DNA of 64,000 nucleotides from positions 384,001 through 448,000 of the forward strand of contig JAYFMW010000020.1 of the NCBI GenBank assembly GCA_042408215.1. Direction: 5' to 3'. The stretch comes from Microcoleus sp. GTDB taxonomy: Bacteria; Cyanobacteriota; Cyanobacteriia; Cyanobacteriales; Microcoleaceae. The notes below the pieces were generated by a model, which was not told the origin of the DNA, did no database searches, and saw nothing but the letters and a program-made list of their open reading frames with translations. The position numbers and the translations under genes were made by a program. Within the stretch, counting starts at the first letter, position 1. The number at the start of each line of letters is the position of its first letter. Of this stretch, positions 8,668-19,167 are shown in pieces.

Positions 8668-9030
8668 TTGATGCTTAAAAAATCGACAATTACACCGGAT
8701 TTGGTAGGGAAGCCCCAAATTTCAGGTAAACTGATTGCTGCGGGCTTTCACGCTCTTTCTGACCCCCTGCGGATTCAGATTTTGGAGTTGCTGCGGGAAC
8801 AGGAATTGTGCGTTTGCGAATTGTGCGATCGACTTTGTGTCCCTCAGTCTAAACTCTCTTTCCACCTCAAAACCCTAAAAGAAGCAGCTTTAGTCCGCAG
8901 CCGCCAAGAAGGGCGCTGGATCTACTACAGCCTCAATCTAGCTCAGTTTATCGCCCTGGAACAGTACCTGTCGGACTATCGGCGATGCGGCCAGCTCCTG
9001 CCGGCCCGCCCTTGCTCCGAGGCAGATTAA
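8668..9030 (+). CDS. arsR: ArsR/SmtB family repressor
   Basis: FHALSDPLR, ELCVCEL metal-binding motif, QSKLSFHLK; ars context. Confidence 0.9.
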   Translation: MMLKKSTITPDLVGKPQISGKLIAAGFHALSDPLRIQILELLREQELCVCELCDRLCVPQSKLSFHLKTLKEAALVRSRQEGRWIYYSLNLAQFIALEQYLSDYRRCGQLLPARPCSEAD

Positions 9031-9080
9031 CCCATCAACATTTCTTAATGTGTTTATTGCCTATTTGTCTTCCATCATAC

Positions 9081-9108
9081 TTGACATATCAAATTTTATT
9101 GATATGAT
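9081..9108 (+). promoter_or_regulatory. Promoter with ArsR-type operator
   Basis: TTGACA-16 nt-TATGAT overlapping the palindrome ATATCAA-N6-TTGATAT. A weaker ATCAA-N6-TTAAT is at about 9034. Confidence 0.7.
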
Positions 9109-9145
9109 GCAACAGTACCCTTAGTTATGGCATTGGGTAAAATCA

Positions 9146-10174
9146 ATGAACCCAGCAGAAAAGCCCAAGGTTTTCGCACTTGGTATAATTGCTTTGACAA
9201 TCGGTGCGATCGCGCTCCTGAACTCCTGCGGACAAGTCCAGTCGCAAGAATCCCAGAGCATTAAAATAGACGGTTCCAGCACTGTCTATCCAATTACGGA
9301 TGCGATGGCAAAAGAATATCAAAATACGAATCCCAAAAAAGCATCAATTACTGTTGAATTCTCCGGGACCGGCGGCGGATTTAAAAAATTTTGTGCGGGC
9401 GAAACAGACATTAGCAACGCCTCGCGACCCATCCGCCCAGAAGAAATGGAAGCCTGCAACAAAGCTGGCATCCGCTACTACGAATTGCCTGTGGCATTTG
9501 ATGCTCTCACAGTAGTAGTTAACCCCAAAAATGACTGGGCAAAAGATATTAATCTAGAGGAATTGAAAAAACTTTGGGAACCAGCCGCTCAAGGAAAAAT
9601 TACCCGCTGGAATCAGATTAGACCTAATTGGCCAAACCGACCGATAACCCTCTACGGTGCAGGCAAAGATTCCGGTACATTTGACTACTTCACAGAAGCA
9701 ACAGTAGGTACTGCGAAAGCAAGTCGAACCGACTATACAGCTAGTGAAGACGATACCGTTTTAGTGCGCGGAGTTATCAACGATCCAAATGCCTTGGGTT
9801 ACTTTGGCCTAAGCTATTACGAAGCCAATCAAACTCAATTAAAAGCATTAGGAATTGACAATGGCAAAGGGCCAGTTATGCCCTCCCACGAAGCTGTAGA
9901 AAAAGCTCAATATCAACCTCTCGCCCGACCTCTTTTTATCTACGTCAGTTACACCGCCGCTCAAAGTAAAATAGAACTACGCAACTTTGTAGAATTCTAC
10001 ATGAAGAAAGCTCCGAGCTTAGTTAGTTCTGTGGGTTATATTCCTTTACCAAAAGAAGGCTATCAACTAATTTATCAGCACTTCTACAATGGCAAAGTTG
10101 GAACTGTGTTTGGCGGCGAGGCTCGTTTTGACTCAACAATTGGGGAGTTATTACGACAGCAGGCAACTTTTTAA
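9146..10174 (+). CDS. pstS: Phosphate ABC transporter substrate-binding lipoprotein
   Basis: [29 protein letters not shown]; lipobox-like LNSC. Confidence 0.9.
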   Translation: MNPAEKPKVFALGIIALTIGAIALLNSCGQVQSQESQSIKIDGSSTVYPITDAMAKEYQNTNPKKASITVEFSGTGGGFKKFCAGETDISNASRPIRPEEMEACNKAGIRYYELPVAFDALTVVVNPKNDWAKDINLEELKKLWEPAAQGKITRWNQIRPNWPNRPITLYGAGKDSGTFDYFTEATVGTAKASRTDYTASEDDTVLVRGVINDPNALGYFGLSYYEANQTQLKALGIDNGKGPVMPSHEAVEKAQYQPLARPLFIYVSYTAAQSKIELRNFVEFYMKKAPSLVSSVGYIPLPKEGYQLIYQHFYNGKVGTVFGGEARFDSTIGELLRQQATF

Positions 10175-10210
10175 GTTTTTGTCAGCAATTTTAACTTACC
10201 ATTTAACTAA

Positions 10211-11362
10211 ATGAACCATCCTCAAGCAAGTAACTCACCCGTCCAAGCAGGAAGCAAGCTCAGTTTTTTTGAAAGATACCTCACCCTTTGGGTATTCCTT
10301 TGCATTTTAGGCGGTATTATTCTCGGTAGATTATTCCCCAGCGTCGCCGTCACCCTTGATGCTCTCAGCTTTTATCAGGTGTCAATTCCTATTGCCATTT
10401 GTCTATTTTTTATGATGTATCCCATCATGGTAAAAATTGACTTTACCCAGGCGGCAAATGCAGCGCGATCGCCCAAACCAGTGATCTTAACATTAGTGGT
10501 CAACTGGCTCATAAAACCATTGACAATGGTAGCATTTTCTCAGTTTTTCTTAGGTTGGCTATTTCGCCCCCTCATTACCGGCACAGAAATAATTCGTGGC
10601 AGTGAAGTCTCCATCGCTAGTTCCTACATTGCTGGTACAATATTATTAGGAATTGCCCCCTGTACTGCGATGGTTTTAATGTGGGGATATCTCTCCTACG
10701 GCAATCAAGGACATACCCTCGTTATGGTTGCTGTTAATTCCCTAGCCATGCTGTTTTTATATGCACCACTAGGGAGATGGCTGTTAGCAGCAAATGATTT
10801 AGTTGTGCCTTGGCAGACAATAGTATTGTCTGTATTCATTTATGTCGGTTTGCCCTTAGCCGCCGGAATGTATAGCCGTTTCTGGATTTTCAAACATAAA
10901 GGGCGAGAATGGTTTGAGCGAGAATTTATGCAATATCTGAGTCCAGTTGCTACCGCGGCCCTTTTGATTACGCTAATTCTTTTGTTTGCCTTCAAAGGAG
11001 AGTTGATTGTTAACAATCCTCTGCACATTCTCTTAATTGCTGTGCCTCTGTTTATCCAGACTAATTTCATTTTTATGATTTCTTATGTAGCAGCTTTAAA
11101 ACTCAACCTGTGCTACGAAGATTCAGCACCAGCCGCCCTGATTGGGGCCAGTAATCATTTTGAGGTGGCGATTGCTACGGCTGTGATGCTTTTTGGCTTA
11201 AACTCAGGTGCAGCATTGGCTACAGTTGTCGGTGTTTTAATTGAGGTTCCAGTGATGTTAATGTTAGTAGAATTCTGCAAGAAAACCGCATTTTGGTTTC
11301 CCCGCCAACCAGAAACAGCCTCACTGCGAGATCCCCGTTGTCGTCCTAATTTAAATAGCTAG
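10211..11362 (+). CDS. acr3: Acr3 family arsenite efflux transporter
   Basis: [39 protein letters not shown]. Confidence 0.95.
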   Translation: MNHPQASNSPVQAGSKLSFFERYLTLWVFLCILGGIILGRLFPSVAVTLDALSFYQVSIPIAICLFFMMYPIMVKIDFTQAANAARSPKPVILTLVVNWLIKPLTMVAFSQFFLGWLFRPLITGTEIIRGSEVSIASSYIAGTILLGIAPCTAMVLMWGYLSYGNQGHTLVMVAVNSLAMLFLYAPLGRWLLAANDLVVPWQTIVLSVFIYVGLPLAAGMYSRFWIFKHKGREWFEREFMQYLSPVATAALLITLILLFAFKGELIVNNPLHILLIAVPLFIQTNFIFMISYVAALKLNLCYEDSAPAALIGASNHFEVAIATAVMLFGLNSGAALATVVGVLIEVPVMLMLVEFCKKTAFWFPRQPETASLRDPRCRPNLNS

Positions 11363-11368
11363 AATCTC

Positions 11369-12028
11369 ATGAATAAATTCACTCACAAACCGAGAATTCT
11401 GTTTTTATACGGCTCTTTAAGAGAGCGTTCTTATAGCCGCTTGTTGGCAGAAGAATCTGCTACAATTATTCAGAATTTCGGTGCAGAAGTTAGGTTTTTT
11501 AATCCTCTGGAATTGCCAATTTATGGTAGTGTTCCTGATACTCATCCCAAGGTTCAAGAGTTGCGGGAATTGAGCCTGTGGTCGGAGGGTCAAGTCTGGT
11601 CTAGTCCAGAAATGCACGGCAATATTACGGGCATTATGAAAAACCAAATTGACTGGATTCCTTTAAGTATTGGGGCTGTCAGACCGACTCAAGGCAGAAC
11701 TTTGGCGGTGATGCAAGTTAGCGGCGGTTCCCAGTCTTTTAATGCTGTCAATACTTTGAGAATTTTGGGCCGCTGGATGCGGATGTTTACGATTCCAAAT
11801 CAGTCTTCTGTTGCTAAGGCTTATCAGGAGTTTAATGAGGATGGAACAATGAAGGATTCGCCTTATCGCGATCGGGTTATTGATGTGATGGAGGAATTGT
11901 ACAAGTTTACTCTGTTGTTGCGGGAGGAAGTTGACTATTTGACCGATCGCCACAGCGAACGCAAGGAAAAAACGGCCAAAGAGACGATCGCCGTAGCAAA
12001 TAGCGCCCTTGAAACACGGGGCGATTGA
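11369..12028 (+). CDS. arsH: Arsenical resistance flavoprotein ArsH
   Basis: [29 protein letters not shown]. Confidence 0.95.
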   Translation: MNKFTHKPRILFLYGSLRERSYSRLLAEESATIIQNFGAEVRFFNPLELPIYGSVPDTHPKVQELRELSLWSEGQVWSSPEMHGNITGIMKNQIDWIPLSIGAVRPTQGRTLAVMQVSGGSQSFNAVNTLRILGRWMRMFTIPNQSSVAKAYQEFNEDGTMKDSPYRDRVIDVMEELYKFTLLLREEVDYLTDRHSERKEKTAKETIAVANSALETRGD

Positions 12029-12213
12029 AATCACCGGGCGATTGAAATCACCGGGCGATTGAAAATCGGGCGATTGAAATCACCGGGCGATTGAAATCGC
12101 GGCTACACAGACAAAACCCGCCTTCGCGGGTTGAAGAATCAAGAATTTTTCTTCAGTCTGCGGAGGCAGACTTCGTTTGTGTGCCCGTAAAACTTCGCGG
12201 TTTCTAACCGCCG
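12018..12213. repeat. About 125 bp multi-hairpin dispersed repeat with tandemly amplified left end
   Basis: GGGCGATTGAAATCACC repeated about 4 times, then GGCGATTGAAATCGCG...CGCGGTTTCTAACCGCCG. Confidence 0.8.
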
Positions 12214-12249
12214 AGGCTAAAAATTAACAACTTACAACTAACCAAAACC

Positions 12250-12645
12250 ATGAAAAAAGTAATGTTTGTTTGCAAAAGAAACTCCTGCCGATCGCAAATG
12301 GCAGAAGGATTCGCTAAAACCATCGGAGCCGGCAAGATTGGAGTCACCAGTTCCGGGTTAGAATCAAGCAGAGTTCATCCGACAGCCATTGAAGTCATGT
12401 CTGAAATCGGCATTGATATCACAGATCAAACATCCAATCCGTTAGGCGAATTCAATGCAGAAGACTACGATGCCGTAATTTCTCTGTGCGGCTGCGGCGT
12501 GAATTTACCCGAAGCGTGGGTATTGCGAGAAGTGTTTCAAGATTGGCAACTCGACGATCCAGACGGACAACCCATTGAAACCTTTCACCGCGTGCGAGAT
12601 GAAATTAAAGCACGAGTTGAGAAATTAGTTGATTCTCTCAAATAA
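12250..12645 (+). CDS. arsC: Arsenate reductase (LMW-PTP fold, cyanobacterial type)
   Basis: CKRNSCRSQMAEG and SLCGCG motifs. Confidence 0.93.
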   Translation: MKKVMFVCKRNSCRSQMAEGFAKTIGAGKIGVTSSGLESSRVHPTAIEVMSEIGIDITDQTSNPLGEFNAEDYDAVISLCGCGVNLPEAWVLREVFQDWQLDDPDGQPIETFHRVRDEIKARVEKLVDSLK

Positions 12646-12653
12646 GAATTACC

Positions 12654-12772
12654 CGGCGATTGAAATCGCGACTACAGAAACAAAACCCGCCTGCGCGGGT
12701 TGAAGAATCAAGGATTTCTCTTCAGTCCACGGAGGTGGACTTCGGTTGTGTAGACGCGGTTTCTAACCGCCG
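12654..12772. repeat. Second copy of the multi-hairpin dispersed repeat
   Basis: Direct copy of 12084-12213. Confidence 0.8.
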
Positions 12773-12871
12773 GGGCTTTGTAGGTTCCTCTGAATTCATG
12801 CTAAATTATGAGAGGCGTTCCACCAGAACGCCTCTAAATCTGTTGTGAACATAAACCAACCAGACTAGCAC

Positions 12872-13858
12872 ATGATTCAGACCGCAGTAACGCCTTTCAG
12901 AAACAAACTCAACTCAGCTTTAACTAAAAAGCAAATTACAGTTTTACAAATTAATCTAGGGAAACGCTGCAACCTTGCTTGCACTCACTGTCACGTAGAA
13001 GCTAGCCCGAAACGAACTGAGGAACTTTCACCAGAAATTTGCGACCAATTAATTGAAATAATTCGCAAATTTCCCCAAATTCAAACTGTTGACCTCACCG
13101 GCGGTGCTCCCGAAATGCTTTACGGTTTTAAACCGCTGGCGGAAGCTGCAAGGGCGACAGGAAAAGAGGTAATTGTTCGTTCTAATTTAACAATTTATTT
13201 TGAAAAAGGGTTTGAAGATATTCCCGAATATTGCGCGAAACACCAACTCAGAATTATTGCGTCTCTTCCCTGTTACCAAGCTGATAATGTTGACAAAATG
13301 CGCGGTAGTGGCGTTTTTGACAGTTCGATTCTGGCGCTGCAAAAGCTAAATCAATTAGGATATGGCAAAGATGCAGATTTAGTTCTGGATTTGGTTTATA
13401 ATCCGCAAGTGCCAACTACAGAAGATTTTTATCTGACAGCGGAACAGGGTAAGTTAGAGCGAGATTATCAGGTTTATTTAGAAGCACATTTTGGGATTGT
13501 TTTCAATCAATTGTTCACGATTACTAATTTGCCGGTGGGACGGACAAAGTTTCATTTGGAACACAAAAAGCTGCACCAACCTTATCTTGGGTTTTTGGAG
13601 GATAATTTTAATCCTAATACTGTGGAACATTTAATGTGTCGCAATGAATTGTCGATCGACTATTTGGGCAATGTCTACGACTGCGATTTTAACCAGATGG
13701 AAAATCGGCCGGCTAAAACTCGCACAGGTGAAACCATCACAGTCGCTAAATTGCTCGAAACTGGCAGTTTAGATTTGATTCAAGAGGTGCAAACTGCTGC
13801 TTATTGTTACGGCTGTACGGCGGGTTGCGGTTCTAGCTGCGGCGGCACTTTGATTTGA
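12872..13858 (+). CDS. arsS: Radical SAM protein, ArsS/DUF3641 family (arsenosugar biosynthesis)
   Basis: CNLACTHCH, YDCDFNQM, C-terminal CYGCTAGCGSSCGG. Confidence 0.88.
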   Translation: MIQTAVTPFRNKLNSALTKKQITVLQINLGKRCNLACTHCHVEASPKRTEELSPEICDQLIEIIRKFPQIQTVDLTGGAPEMLYGFKPLAEAARATGKEVIVRSNLTIYFEKGFEDIPEYCAKHQLRIIASLPCYQADNVDKMRGSGVFDSSILALQKLNQLGYGKDADLVLDLVYNPQVPTTEDFYLTAEQGKLERDYQVYLEAHFGIVFNQLFTITNLPVGRTKFHLEHKKLHQPYLGFLEDNFNPNTVEHLMCRNELSIDYLGNVYDCDFNQMENRPAKTRTGETITVAKLLETGSLDLIQEVQTAAYCYGCTAGCGSSCGGTLI

Positions 13859-13869
13859 GAAGAAGGAAG

Positions 13870-14045
13870 TTCGGCAACGGATTTTGTAACGGATGTAACG
13901 GATTCGGCAACGGATTTTGTAACGGATGTAATGGATGTAACGCATGGATGGAAGAAGGAACAAGTCAGTTTTGTTACTAATAACCTTCCAGGCTATGCTT
14001 TTAATGCCCTAGGCCCTAGGCCCTAGGCCCTAGGCCCTAGGCCCA
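13870..14045. repeat. Short tandem repeats (33 bp duplicate, AACGGATGT units, GCCCTAG x5)
   Basis: Directly visible. Confidence 0.8.
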
Positions 14046-14072
14046 TGTCATTTAGAGTAGAGAGTTGAAACA

Positions 14073-14801
14073 ATGAATGATTCTCGATCGCAAATCGCTG
14101 AAAATCCGCCGCCATCAAATCGGTGGAAGCTGATTTTAGGGATTGGTTTAGCTGTCGCCTTAATTGTGGCGGCCAAGTTTTTTAACTTTCAAGGAATTCT
14201 GAAAAATGCCCTGGAGTCGATCGGCAATCTCGGCCCTTGGGGCCCGGCAGCTTTTATTCTAATTTACATTGTGGCAACAGTTCTGTTTATTCCAGGTTCT
14301 TTGTTGACTCTGGGTGCGGGGGTTTTATTTGGAGTAGTTGGCGGTTCAATTTGCGTTTCTGTTGGTTCCACATTAGGAGCAGCCTGTGCTTTTTTAACAG
14401 GGCGATATTTAACTCGCGGCTGGGTTTCCAAGCAGATAGAAAACAATCAGAAATTCAAAGCCATTGACGAAGCAGTGAAGAGAGAAGGAGCGAAAATTGT
14501 TTTACTGACGCGGCTTTCTCCAATTTTCCCGTTTAATTTACTTAACTATGCTTTTGGAGTGACGCAGGTATCTTTTAAAGATTATTTTTTCGCATCTTGG
14601 ATCGGCATGATGCCCGCAACTGTCATGTATGTTTACATCGGTTCCCTGGCTGGGAGTTTGGCTGCACTGGGGGAAAAAGGGCGATCGCGCACGGCTGCTG
14701 AATGGGCTCTGTACGGCATTGGTTTGGTAGCAACGATCGCAGTCACCGTCTACGCCACCCGCATTGCCAAAAAAGCTTTAGACGAGAAAATTTCCCCTTA
14801 A
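14073..14801 (+). CDS. TVP38/TMEM64 (DedA superfamily) membrane protein
   Basis: LFIPGSLLTLGAG, LLTRLSPIFPFNLLNYAFG. Confidence 0.9.
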   Translation: MNDSRSQIAENPPPSNRWKLILGIGLAVALIVAAKFFNFQGILKNALESIGNLGPWGPAAFILIYIVATVLFIPGSLLTLGAGVLFGVVGGSICVSVGSTLGAACAFLTGRYLTRGWVSKQIENNQKFKAIDEAVKREGAKIVLLTRLSPIFPFNLLNYAFGVTQVSFKDYFFASWIGMMPATVMYVYIGSLAGSLAALGEKGRSRTAAEWALYGIGLVATIAVTVYATRIAKKALDEKISP

Positions 14802-14937
14802 CGCTGTCCCATCAACTAGCAACTTTGTCAATACGGATTTTTGCTGAAATTAGAATACATTCCTAATTCAGAAAAATCCGTATTTTCCCTGTGTTTGTTA
14901 TAATTTGTGAGAGTGCAAACTAGATAGATATTAAAGA

Positions 14938-15055
14938 TATAGCCATTCTCTGTTCAATGAGGTAGGCTTGGGGATTGGGCATAGGGGATTGGGCATAGGG
15001 CATAGGGCATAGGGCATCGATCGGCTTGTACCTCATGCGGTTGAAAACCGCTATA
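14938..15055. mobile_element. TATAGC-ended MITE-like element with GGGCATA heptamers
   Basis: TATAGCCATTCTC...GAAAACCGCTATA, inner ATGAGGTA/TACCTCAT. Confidence 0.65.
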
Positions 15056-15060
15056 TCGTA

Positions 15061-15140
15061 AAGCAACTATTAATTCTCAAATCTCAAATCTCAAATCGGC
15101 AAGCAACTATTAATTCTCAAATCTAAAATCTCAAATCGGC
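15061..15140. repeat. Tandem duplication of about 40 bp
   Basis: AAGCAACTATTAATTCTCAAATCT(C/A)AAATCTCAAATCGGC x2. Confidence 0.85.
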
Positions 15141-15319
15141 TGACCTCGATTGAAAGCATCCAGGGTACAAGCCCTCGGTACAGCCAGTGAATCAGCGAAA
15201 AAACCTGGTATCCGATCGACCAGAGAACGGATTTATGCCTTCGCCGGTTCAGGATGACATCAATTCTTTAATTCTTTAATCTAAAATCTAAAATGGATTG
15301 ACTCAAGAGAGAAAATTTG

Positions 15320-17812
15320 ATGATGCAAAACCCTGCAAATCAAGCCTGCGCTGTCTCTGCACAGCCACCCAAGCCAACGAAAAAGCTGCGCCATTTTTGG
15401 CAAAACCTCAGCGGTGCGGCTCAATCTCGCTGGCAGCAACTGCACAGTCTTTGGCTGCACAGACGGCAGCGTCGCCACCTGCTGACTCTGCTAATTCTGG
15501 GCAGCACGGCTTTAACAATTAGCGCTACTGCTTGCGTCAGCTATTTTTTTGTGCGCGGATTAATACTGGACAATTTAAAGGAAATAGCACTATTAAAACT
15601 AGAAAAAGGCAGCGACGAAATCGACCGCTGGCTGAGCAACCGCAAAGCAGAAATAGAAACCATCGCTTACTCTCCTACTATTCGTACTCTCAATTGGCAA
15701 TTAGCTGAACCAATTTTGCAAGGAGAAACATACAGGTTAAAAGAATATTTTGTCCTGTCATTAGTTCAAGCCGATGGCTCAGTGCAGAACACTTTAGGCA
15801 CTACCACCAACAGCAAAGACCGCAAACACTTTCAAAAGGCAATGGACGGAAAAGTAAACGTTTCTGACCCCCTCGTCGGCCGCAGCACAAAGCTTTCTAC
15901 AATCATAATTGCAGCTCCAATTTGGGCAATGCCTCCTACTCCCAACAAAGCAATTGGAGTCATTGCAGGCAGCATTAAAGTAGACCGAGTAGCAAATGTA
16001 GCGAACAGCTTGAGCTACGGTTCAGAAAGTTATGCTTTTGCGCTCAACTCAAAAGGAGTGCCAATTGTGCACCCGAATAATAACTTAACCGGAAATAGCG
16101 ACCCGCTGACCAATAGCTTTTTAAACTCAAAAGACCCCGCCTTAGCAGCAATTGCACGCAAAATGACCGATCGCCATACCAACATCGAACTGGTAAAAAT
16201 AGATCGCAAATGGGTTTATGTCGCCTATGCTCCCCTCGATGAAGTTAACTGGTCGATGGCTTTAGTAATTCCCCGCGAAAATATTGAATCTCAACTACAA
16301 GCATTAAATTTGTTGACATCCGTCGTCGCCGGACTGATCGGGCCGGCAATGCTAGCAGCAATTTGGCTAATTTACTCCTCCGAAAGCAATCGCGCTCAAG
16401 CCGAGCGAGAAGCCATGCTCAACCGCATTTCAGGACGGATTCGCGCTTCCCTAGAATTAGACCAAATCGTGCAAAGTACAGTAGAAGAAATAGTAAATTT
16501 GCTGCATCTAGAACGGGCTGGCTTTGGTTGGTACGAACCGCCACATCAAATGTTACAAATCCTGTGGGAATGTGGTCAATCTGACAATCCGAAACCAGTC
16601 AAAAAGTTTGCTCCTTACTGCATAAATAATTTGTCACTGCGGCTAGAAGAAAGCGAGCCAATTCTGCTTGGTAGCGACACTTTTGCAGAGGAAAACAATC
16701 AATCTTTACAGTTAAAAGCTAACAGTTATTTAGCTGTACCAGTCCTGACTCAAAGCCAGTCGCACGGTTATTTAATTTGCAGTCACGCTACTCATTGGTT
16801 TTGGAGTGGGGAGGAAATTCAACTGTTAAAAGCTGTGGCCGACCAATTGGCGATCGCCATTACTCAATCTCACCTTTACAGTCAAACTCAAGACCAAGTA
16901 AAACTTCTCAACAGCGCTTTAACTGAACTCAAAAAAACTCAAACTCATTTAGTTCAGAGCGAAAAAATGTCATCTCTAGGTCAAATGGTCGCTGGGATAG
17001 CCCACGAAATCAATAACCCAGTTAACTTCATTTTTGCTAATTTGCCCTACACCAGCAAATATCTTGAAGACTTATTGCAATTGGTGAGTTTATACCAACA
17101 AGCTTTTCCAGAGATTCCCCCGGAAATAGAAGATTTTGCAGCGTCGATCGATTTGGATTTTATCGAAGAAGATTTGCCCCAAATGTTGAGTTCTATGAAA
17201 ATAGGAACTGAACGGATTCGTCAGATAGTTCTTTCCTTGCGTAACTTTTCGAGACTTGATGAATCTGACAAAAAAATGGCGGATATTCACGAAGGTATTG
17301 ACAATACCTTGCTGCTGCTATCCAACCGCCTCAAAAAGGAAGTTTGTGTAGTCAAATACTACGGAAATATGCCCTTAGTAGAGTGCTATCCCTCTCAGCT
17401 CAATCAGGTGTTTATGAACTTGCTGAACAACGCGATTGATGCCTTGATCGAGAGCGATCGCCCGGATAAAATTATTACTATTTCCACGGCAGTATTTGTC
17501 AAAAATGGTACGAAGTTTCTCAAAGTGGCGATCGCCGATAACGGGTCTGGGATTCAAGACAGCGTTAAAGACCAAATTTTTAACCCATTTTTTACTACCA
17601 AGCCTGTTGGTAAAGGGACTGGTTTGGGGTTAGCTATTAGCTACAAAATTGTAGTTGACGGACATGGTGGCAGCATCGACGTTTCTAAACATCCGGGCGG
17701 CGGCACGGAGTTTTCTGTGGAGATTCCTATTCATAAGGGGAAGGAAGAAGTCAGAGGGAAGAAGCAAGAAGGAAGAGGGAATAAGTCAGCAGCAAAAAAC
17801 AGCTTTGTTTAA
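15320..17812 (+). CDS. Membrane sensor histidine kinase (dCache-GAF-HisKA-HATPase)
   Basis: Two TM segments around a Cache region (VSDPLVGR, YAFALNSKG..IVHP), a GAF, AHEINNP, GKGTGLGL. Confidence 0.9.
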   Translation: MMQNPANQACAVSAQPPKPTKKLRHFWQNLSGAAQSRWQQLHSLWLHRRQRRHLLTLLILGSTALTISATACVSYFFVRGLILDNLKEIALLKLEKGSDEIDRWLSNRKAEIETIAYSPTIRTLNWQLAEPILQGETYRLKEYFVLSLVQADGSVQNTLGTTTNSKDRKHFQKAMDGKVNVSDPLVGRSTKLSTIIIAAPIWAMPPTPNKAIGVIAGSIKVDRVANVANSLSYGSESYAFALNSKGVPIVHPNNNLTGNSDPLTNSFLNSKDPALAAIARKMTDRHTNIELVKIDRKWVYVAYAPLDEVNWSMALVIPRENIESQLQALNLLTSVVAGLIGPAMLAAIWLIYSSESNRAQAEREAMLNRISGRIRASLELDQIVQSTVEEIVNLLHLERAGFGWYEPPHQMLQILWECGQSDNPKPVKKFAPYCINNLSLRLEESEPILLGSDTFAEENNQSLQLKANSYLAVPVLTQSQSHGYLICSHATHWFWSGEEIQLLKAVADQLAIAITQSHLYSQTQDQVKLLNSALTELKKTQTHLVQSEKMSSLGQMVAGIAHEINNPVNFIFANLPYTSKYLEDLLQLVSLYQQAFPEIPPEIEDFAASIDLDFIEEDLPQMLSSMKIGTERIRQIVLSLRNFSRLDESDKKMADIHEGIDNTLLLLSNRLKKEVCVVKYYGNMPLVECYPSQLNQVFMNLLNNAIDALIESDRPDKIITISTAVFVKNGTKFLKVAIADNGSGIQDSVKDQIFNPFFTTKPVGKGTGLGLAISYKIVVDGHGGSIDVSKHPGGGTEFSVEIPIHKGKEEVRGKKQEGRGNKSAAKNSFV

Positions 17813-17994
17813 ACAGGACTTACGCATTGTAACGGTGTTGCAAAGGTTTGAGATTCTTGGCTTCCCTCAGAATGACATAATTAGGTTGTTAGTTCGTCCA
17901 GGACTATAAAGCTAACAGTCCTGGACACACTTCTTACCAAAGAAACCAGGTTGGTTATTATAATTATAACTATTAACACAGTGCAAGGAGTTTT

Positions 17995-18894
17995 ATGGCT
18001 GTTGGCAAGGATACAATTTTTGAGCGCTTTTTATCGCCCTTGATTCGACTGGCGATCGACGAAGCAGCAATCTCCCGATTTTACCAAAGTATCGACTGGG
18101 AACAAGCAGGCGATCGCCACCGACAACCAGACCTAGTGTATCCCGAATATTACAGTAGCCAAAACTTTCACGGCATTAAAGGCGGCTACCTCAACCCCAG
18201 TGCCGCCGTTTCCTACGATCCGATTACTCAATATGTTTTGCCTCCTCACGAAACAGTCGTCAGGCAAGGCTTAATTGACGCAATACGGGTTAAGCCGCGC
18301 CGAATCATCGATTTGGGATGTGGCACCGGTTCGACCACGCTCATGCTCAAGCAAGCCTTTCCTGAAGCGGAAGTTGTCGGCCTTGACTTGTCGCCTTATA
18401 TGCTGGTAGTTGCCGAAATTAAAGCCCAAAAAGCCGGATTGAATATCGAGTGGCGGCATGGTAATGCCGAAAGCGTGGGTTTTCCCGACGCTAGCTTCGA
18501 TTTAGTAGCAGCTTCCTTGCTGTTTCACGAGACGCCGCCTGCTGTATCGCGGGCAATTTTGCGAGAAAGTTTTCGGCTGCTGGGGGTTGGGGGACAAGTG
18601 GTAATTTTGGATGGGAACCAGAAAACTTTGCAGCAGACGGAGTGGCTGACAGAGGTATTCGAGGAGCCTTATATTAAGTCTTATGCTGCTGGGAGTGTCG
18701 ATGCTTGGATGGGGGCTGCTGGATTTGCTACAGTGCAAACTCAGGAACACTGGTGGGTGCATCAGGTGACGCAAGGCGTTAAACCTCTTCCGGGTGAAGA
18801 TTTGGAGCTGGTGCGGGCGGCGAGGGGATGGAGTCAGGGCGATCGCACTCCTGATTTTGGTGACGATTTACAAGGCTTTCCGGCTCCTGCTTGA
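17995..18894 (+). CDS. Class I SAM-dependent methyltransferase
   Basis: IDLGCGTGS, GLDLSPYML, SFDLV. Confidence 0.9.
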   Translation: MAVGKDTIFERFLSPLIRLAIDEAAISRFYQSIDWEQAGDRHRQPDLVYPEYYSSQNFHGIKGGYLNPSAAVSYDPITQYVLPPHETVVRQGLIDAIRVKPRRIIDLGCGTGSTTLMLKQAFPEAEVVGLDLSPYMLVVAEIKAQKAGLNIEWRHGNAESVGFPDASFDLVAASLLFHETPPAVSRAILRESFRLLGVGGQVVILDGNQKTLQQTEWLTEVFEEPYIKSYAAGSVDAWMGAAGFATVQTQEHWWVHQVTQGVKPLPGEDLELVRAARGWSQGDRTPDFGDDLQGFPAPA

Positions 18895-19165
18895 CAGTTG
18901 ATAGTTGACAGTTGACAGTTGACAGTTGACTAATGTTATTGGTTGTTGGTTATTAGCATCCTGAAGCGAGTAACAAATAACTAATGACTAATGACTAATG
19001 ACGTCGGACTCTTGGTTTGGTGCGTCGCTCATCGATTGTCGATTTTTTTAGGGATTTAAGAGTGGCGACGCACCCTACGACGTCGGACTAATGACTAATG
19101 ACTAATGACTGCTGACTAATGACTAATGACTAATAACTAATAACTAATCACAAAGAACTAATAAC
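18893..19165. repeat. STRR heptamer arrays with nested REP doublet
   Basis: GTTGACA and CTAATGA units; GGTGCGTCGC...GCGACGCACCCTAC insert. Confidence 0.85.
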
Positions 19166-19167
19166 TA

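Noticed and set aside
12018..12100. Repeats ending in ATTGAAAT resembling CRISPR repeat ends
   Set aside because: 15-17 bp head-to-tail units without spacers; they are the amplified end of a dispersed repeat
13800..13858. Selenocysteine in the ArsS C-terminus
   Set aside because: All Cys positions are TGT/TGC; there is no in-frame TGA
17995..18894. Methyltransferase as the missing ArsM
   Set aside because: Lacks the multiple conserved cysteines of ArsM and is separated from the ars cluster by an unrelated kinase
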